Positions 59,298-64,000 of a stretch of DNA of 64,000 nucleotides are shown here, one piece after another. The notes beneath the pieces are model-generated. The model saw only the letters and a list, made by a program, of their open reading frames with translations. It was not told the origin of the DNA and made no database searches. The first letter of the stretch is position 1. Each line of letters begins with the position of its first letter. Source of the stretch: a bacterium (lineage in GTDB: Bacteria > UBA8248); the NCBI GenBank assembly GCA_965207065.1, contig OZ242260.1:2432001-2496000 (forward strand), read 5' to 3'. Both the position numbers and the translations under genes were made by a program.

Positions 59298-60413
59298 ATG
59301 AAAATAGCGATAGATGCCATGGGGGGAGACAACGCGCCTTCGGCAATCATAGAAGGAGCGTTCGACGCGCATCGAGAAGAGGGTATCGAATCCATCCTGG
59401 TGGGTTCGCCGGAGCGGATCGAGGCGGAACTCAAGCGCCTCGGAGCTTCCAAGGACACCTTCGATATTCGCTCGGCGAGCCAAGTCATCGGCATGGGTGA
59501 ATCGCCCACGAAGTCGGTGAAGTCCAAGCCGGATTCATCCATGCACGTCGCTCTTCAGTTGGTCAAGGACGGAGAGGCGCAGGCGGTGTTCAGCGCAGGC
59601 GACACCGGAGGCGCCTTCGCTACGGGTCTGGCCGTATTGCAGCGTATGCCGGGGGTTCAGCGGCCCGCCATCGCTGCTCTGATCCCCACCCTCAAAGGAT
59701 TTTCCGTCATGCTGGACGTGGGAGCGAATCTGACCCCGCGAGCGCAGCACTTGTTCCAATTCGGCGTTATGGGCTCGGTCTATACCGAGGAGGTGTTCAA
59801 GAAACCCGCGCCCACGGTGGGACTGTTGAACGTGGGGGGAGAGGATTCCAAAGGAACCGACGTACTCAAGGCGGTCCATGAAATTTTTGTGAAAAGCGAT
59901 TTGAATTTTGTGGGCAATGTAGAGGGAAGCACTATTTTCCAGGGCGACACGGACGTGGTTGTGTGCGACGGGTTTGCCGGAAACGTGGCTTTGAAGGTGA
60001 GCGAGAGTCTCAGTGAAATGCTGACGACGCTGCTCAGAGAGGAAATTGTCGGTTCGGTGCGCAGCAAGATCGGATATATGTTTTTGCAAAACGGGCTGAA
60101 ATCCATGCGTCAGAGAACCGATTATTCCGAATACGGGGCGGCGCCATTGCTGGGATTGGGCGGAATTTGTACAATTGGACATGGTCGCAGCAACTCAAAG
60201 GCCGTGAAGAACGCCATTCGAACGACAGCGAGTATCGTCAAGGTTGATCTGAATGAGAAGATACAAAAAGAGATTGACAAGCATATCTCCATACAGCGCA
60301 GCGGAGATGTCGGCTGGCGTTTATGGAATCAGATACGAACGGGCATTTTTTACGAAAAGGTAACGGGCGACGAGAAACAGAATGGCGATGAAGAAGAAAA
60401 TCAGCCCTCTTGA
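59298..60413 (+). CDS. plsX: Phosphate acyltransferase PlsX
   Basis: IAIDAMGGDNAP, RPAIA, LDVGAN, VCDGFAGNVALK, GAAPLLGL, HGRS. Confidence 0.96.
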   Translation: MKIAIDAMGGDNAPSAIIEGAFDAHREEGIESILVGSPERIEAELKRLGASKDTFDIRSASQVIGMGESPTKSVKSKPDSSMHVALQLVKDGEAQAVFSAGDTGGAFATGLAVLQRMPGVQRPAIAALIPTLKGFSVMLDVGANLTPRAQHLFQFGVMGSVYTEEVFKKPAPTVGLLNVGGEDSKGTDVLKAVHEIFVKSDLNFVGNVEGSTIFQGDTDVVVCDGFAGNVALKVSESLSEMLTTLLREEIVGSVRSKIGYMFLQNGLKSMRQRTDYSEYGAAPLLGLGGICTIGHGRSNSKAVKNAIRTTASIVKVDLNEKIQKEIDKHISIQRSGDVGWRLWNQIRTGIFYEKVTGDEKQNGDEEENQPS

Positions 60414-60480
60414 TATCTGAGCCGGTTTTCGACTACGATCACTCCCTGGCAGTAACCTCGCCCGAATAGGGGTTCATATT

Positions 60481-61470
60481 GTGACCCACTCCGTCATCCT
60501 GGGGACGGGCTCTTACGTTCCTGAAAGAGTTCTCTCGAACGCCGAGCTGGAAAAGATGGTCGATACCAGCGACCAATGGATTCGCGAGAGAACGGGAATC
60601 AGCGAGCGGCGTGTGGCGAAGCCTGATGAAGCAACTTCCCACTTGTCGATTCATGCCGCCAATCAGGCGCTTGAAGCCGCGGGTTTGGGGCCTGAGGAAA
60701 TCGACCTCATTATCGTAACAACTCTCACGCCGGACACAATGTGTCCGGCTGCGGCTTGCTGGCTTCAGTCTCATATCGGCGCGCATCGGGCCGCTGCGTT
60801 TGACTTGAACGCGGCGTGCACGGGTTTCGTCTATGGTCTGCAGGCGGCGGACGCCTACATTCGCTCAGGCATGATGAAAAAAATACTTTTGGTTTCCGCC
60901 GACGTGATGACGCGTATGACGAACTGGGAGGACAGGGGTACCTGCGTGTTGTGGGGCGATGGAGCCGGCGCCGTCGTTGTGGGGGCGTCGGAGAATGGGC
61001 GAAGAGGCGTTTTGGATTCCAGGGTGTATAGCGACGGAAATGCAGGAGAACTTATTATGGTTCCAGGCGGTGGTTCGAAATTCGCCCCGTTCACTGCGGA
61101 CGACGTACACAACAAAGAGCATTTATTGCAGATGAAAGGGCAAGAGACGTTCAAGACGGCTGTGCGCTATTTCCTGGAAGTTTGCAAGGAAACGCTGGAG
61201 CGAAGCGGCCTCACTTTGGATGACGTGGATGTTTTTATCCCGCATCAGGCGAATCTGCGAATTATCGAAGCCGTGGCGAAACGACTTGAATTGTCGATGG
61301 ATAAGGTGATTATCACGATCAATAAATATGGCAATATGTCCGCGGCCACCATCCCGGTTGCGCTGGATGAAACGGTGAGGGAGGGAAGAATTCGAAGCGG
61401 AGATAATGTGCTCATGGCCGCTTTCGGCGGAGGCCTCACATGGGGTGCGGCTTTGGTCGAATGGAATTGA
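60481..61470 (+). CDS. fabH: 3-oxoacyl-ACP synthase III
   Basis: DTSDQWIRERTGI, AACTGF, PHQANLRII, GNMSAA, FGGGLTWG. Confidence 0.96.
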   Translation: MTHSVILGTGSYVPERVLSNAELEKMVDTSDQWIRERTGISERRVAKPDEATSHLSIHAANQALEAAGLGPEEIDLIIVTTLTPDTMCPAAACWLQSHIGAHRAAAFDLNAACTGFVYGLQAADAYIRSGMMKKILLVSADVMTRMTNWEDRGTCVLWGDGAGAVVVGASENGRRGVLDSRVYSDGNAGELIMVPGGGSKFAPFTADDVHNKEHLLQMKGQETFKTAVRYFLEVCKETLERSGLTLDDVDVFIPHQANLRIIEAVAKRLELSMDKVIITINKYGNMSAATIPVALDETVREGRIRSGDNVLMAAFGGGLTWGAALVEWN

Positions 61471-61575
61471 AGAAATGAACGCCCGGAATTGTTTTGCTTC
61501 ACCCCCCGCCCTGTTTTACTCGCGAGCATAATTGATTCAAGCATTGCCGTTCATGCCATAGGTAAGGGTTGCTAG

Positions 61576-62514
61576 ATGGCTGTGAAAATTGCGTTTTTGT
61601 TTCCAGGACAAGGTTCGCAGTATGTCGGCATGGGCAAAGAGTTTTATGATGAGTATCCATTTGCCCGGGAAGCCTACGAGCGGTCGAGTGATATTCTGGA
61701 ATGGGACCTCGCCAGACTCAGCTTTGAGGGTCCCAAGTCGGAATTGACGCTTACCTGTCACACCCAGCCCGCAATTCTCGTTCATAGTCATATTGCATGC
61801 GCCCTGTTGCGTGAGTGCGGATTCAGTCCTTCTCTCGCCTTGGGGCATAGCCTGGGGGAATACTCCGCTCTCATGGCGGCCGGGGCCTTCGATTTTCAGG
61901 CGGGCGTTGAATTGGTGAAGAAAAGAGGCCGCTTCATGCACGAGGCCGTTCCTGAGCGGGGCGGCGCCATGGCGGCCTTGCTCGGCATAGAGAGAGAAGC
62001 GGCTGAGGCCATATGCGGGGAAGTGGAAGGCGTGGTGGAGGTTGCAAATTATAATGCCCCCGGCCAATATGTCTTGTCGGGAGATAAGGATGGAGTGGAA
62101 TCCGCCGCTCGTTTGGCGACAGAAAAAGGAGCCAGAAAGGCTGTCATGCTTCCGGTGGGAGCGCCCTTCCATTGTTCCTTGCTAAGTGAAGCTGCGGAGC
62201 GGATGAGTGAGATCCTCGATGGAACGGAGATAGACGATCCTTTAATCCCCGTCTACGCGAACGTGACCGCTCAACCCGTTCAGGAGGGAAGACTAGTAAG
62301 AGAGTTGCTCAAGCGGCAGATTCGCTCCGCTGTGCGCTGGGAAGACGCTGTGCGCGCGGCTGGTGAGGAAAAACCCGATGTGATGGTTGAGTTAGGTCCC
62401 GGGAAGGTGCTCTCTGGTTTGAACAGGCGGATATTGAAGGAAATACCGGTACATAATGTGGAAGATATGCAGAGTCTGGAGAAAACTGTTTCGGCCTTGG
62501 GAGAGTTCAACTGA
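61576..62514 (+). CDS. fabD: Malonyl-CoA-ACP transacylase
   Basis: FPGQGSQ, GHSLGEY, ANYNAPGQ, APFHC, ELGPGKVL. Confidence 0.96.
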   Translation: MAVKIAFLFPGQGSQYVGMGKEFYDEYPFAREAYERSSDILEWDLARLSFEGPKSELTLTCHTQPAILVHSHIACALLRECGFSPSLALGHSLGEYSALMAAGAFDFQAGVELVKKRGRFMHEAVPERGGAMAALLGIEREAAEAICGEVEGVVEVANYNAPGQYVLSGDKDGVESAARLATEKGARKAVMLPVGAPFHCSLLSEAAERMSEILDGTEIDDPLIPVYANVTAQPVQEGRLVRELLKRQIRSAVRWEDAVRAAGEEKPDVMVELGPGKVLSGLNRRILKEIPVHNVEDMQSLEKTVSALGEFN

Positions 62515-62685
62515 ATCTCATCCCCGTGTATGATGGCTGATGAGGACATTGACAGGAAAATAAAAAAGCAGGTTATAGAATTCGGATGAAAGCCCCGCAG
62601 ATGTGTAAATGTGTATGGGGTCAGAATTCTTGTCGAAAGGACGACCCAATACCGGTTATATAAAAAGATTTTCGGAGGAATTGGC

Positions 62686-62928
62686 GTGACAGATGATATC
62701 AAAGCACAAATAAAAGAAATCATTGTTGAACAGTTGAGCGTGGAGCCTGAAAAGGTGGTGCCGGAAGCTTCATTTACCGATGATCTGGGGGCGGACTCGC
62801 TGGATACCGTAGAGCTCGTCATGGCGTTTGAGGAGAAATTCGGCATCGAAATACCTGATGAAGAAGCGGAAAAAATTTCCAAGGTTCAGGATGCGTATGA
62901 CTATATCGGCAAGGTGCCTGGAGATTAG
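62686..62928 (+). CDS. acpP: Acyl carrier protein
   Basis: [21 protein letters not shown] start after GGAGG. Confidence 0.97.
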   Translation: MTDDIKAQIKEIIVEQLSVEPEKVVPEASFTDDLGADSLDTVELVMAFEEKFGIEIPDEEAEKISKVQDAYDYIGKVPGD

Positions 62929-62964
62929 AGAAACCTCGTTGGTATGCAAATCTGAAGAGGAAGC

Positions 62965-64000
62965 ATGAATAATCAAGGTTTGGTGAAGTCGGATGTTCGA
63001 GTGGTCGTCACCGGGATCGGAATGCTTACGCCGCTGGGCTTGTCGGTGGAGGAAAACTGGGAAGCCTTGATGCAGGGCCGCTCGGGCATCGGCAAAGTAT
63101 CCCGATTTTCCCCGGACCGCCTGTCGTCCCGCATCTGCGGCGAAATAAAAGGTTTCGAGCCCGAGAATTATGTTTCCCGAAAAGAACTCAAGAAGATGGA
63201 TACTTTCATCCAGTACGTTCTTGCGGCCTCTCAAATGGCCTTCGATGATGCTGAACTGGAAGTTCCAGACACGGAAATTGCGCCGCGATACGGCACCATC
63301 ATCGGAGTGGGTTTGGGCGGTTTGCCCGCCATCGAGGCCAACAAGGAATTAATACAAGTCAAAGAGCCGACGCGCATCAGTCCTTTCTTCATCCCCATGT
63401 TGCTGGGCAACTTGGCCGCCGGCCAGGTTTCGATGCGCTGGGGATTAAAAGGGCCGAACATCTGCACCACCACGGCGTGCGCATCCGGGAATCACGCTAT
63501 CGGGGACGCGATGAAGTGCATTCAGCGTGGCCTGGTGGATGTCATGGTGGCCGGCGGCAGTGAGTCTTGCATCACGGAGTTGGCTATGGCGGGATTTTGC
63601 GCGATGCGAGCGCTCAGCACGCGAAACGATGACCCCGAGAGGGCGAGTCGTCCCTTTGATACGGACAGGGATGGATTCGTCATGGCGGAGGGGGCCGGCG
63701 TCATGATCCTGGAACGCTATGAACATGCCGTGGCGCGGGGCGCGAAAATTTACGCCGAACTCAGTGGTTACGGACTCACTTCCGACGCCCATCACATCAC
63801 CTCACCGGACCCTGGCGGTGACGGGGCAGCCCGCTGCATGGACATGGCGCTGGATGATGCGGGACTAGGGCCTGAGGAGGTGGATTACATCAACGCGCAT
63901 GGTACATCCACCGGTGCGGGAGACAGACTCGAAACGACAGCCATCAAAAGAACATTTGGCGAGCATGCCTACAAACTGAGTGTCAGTTCCACGAAATCTA
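62965..64000 (+). CDS. fabF: 3-oxoacyl-ACP synthase II (3' end outside window; not in ORF track)
   Basis: Manual translation: [47 protein letters not shown]. Confidence 0.95.
   Translation, partial: MNNQGLVKSDVRVVVTGIGMLTPLGLSVEENWEALMQGRSGIGKVSRFSPDRLSSRICGEIKGFEPENYVSRKELKKMDTFIQYVLAASQMAFDDAELEVPDTEIAPRYGTIIGVGLGGLPAIEANKELIQVKEPTRISPFFIPMLLGNLAAGQVSMRWGLKGPNICTTTACASGNHAIGDAMKCIQRGLVDVMVAGGSESCITELAMAGFCAMRALSTRNDDPERASRPFDTDRDGFVMAEGAGVMILERYEHAVARGAKIYAELSGYGLTSDAHHITSPDPGGDGAARCMDMALDDAGLGPEEVDYINAHGTSTGAGDRLETTAIKRTFGEHAYKLSVSSTKS

Overview
This GC-rich bacterial window has four parts. (1) 1-16.6 kb: the 3' part of tuf followed by the complete S10-spc-alpha ribosomal protein superoperon (rpsJ to rplQ, including secY, adk, map, infA, rpmJ and rpoA), closed by an intrinsic terminator. 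(2) 16.7-47.9 kb: an accessory metabolic region. It holds alanine dehydrogenase, a GntR regulator, a CaiB-type CoA transferase, a Na+-pumping biotin-dependent decarboxylase operon whose beta subunit is frameshifted, HMG-CoA lyase-like and enolase-superfamily enzymes, hpt, ADHs, a cyclase and CinA. It also holds an unannotated UGSC-motif selenoprotein (in-frame UGA plus a SECIS-like hairpin) at the head of a partner gene / peptide-type ABC importer / M20 deacylase / PLP enzyme cluster. Its intergenic spaces are packed with several REP-like palindrome families, some nested in MITE-like elements with GGGGCTGTTGAAAAA-type ends. (3) 48.0-55.0 kb: a head-less, integrase-less phage tail-tip module bounded by an exact 20-bp direct repeat. 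Its gene order looks circularly permuted at that repeat, and a 10-bp-periodic tract lies next to the left copy. (4) 55.2-64 kb: M23 peptidase, gamma-CA, Ppx/GppA and the yceD-rpmF-plsX-fabH-fabD-acpP-fabF cluster (no fabG; fabF truncated by the window end). No rRNA, tRNA, CRISPR array or transposase was seen. All functional calls rest on motif recognition by eye; no searches were run.
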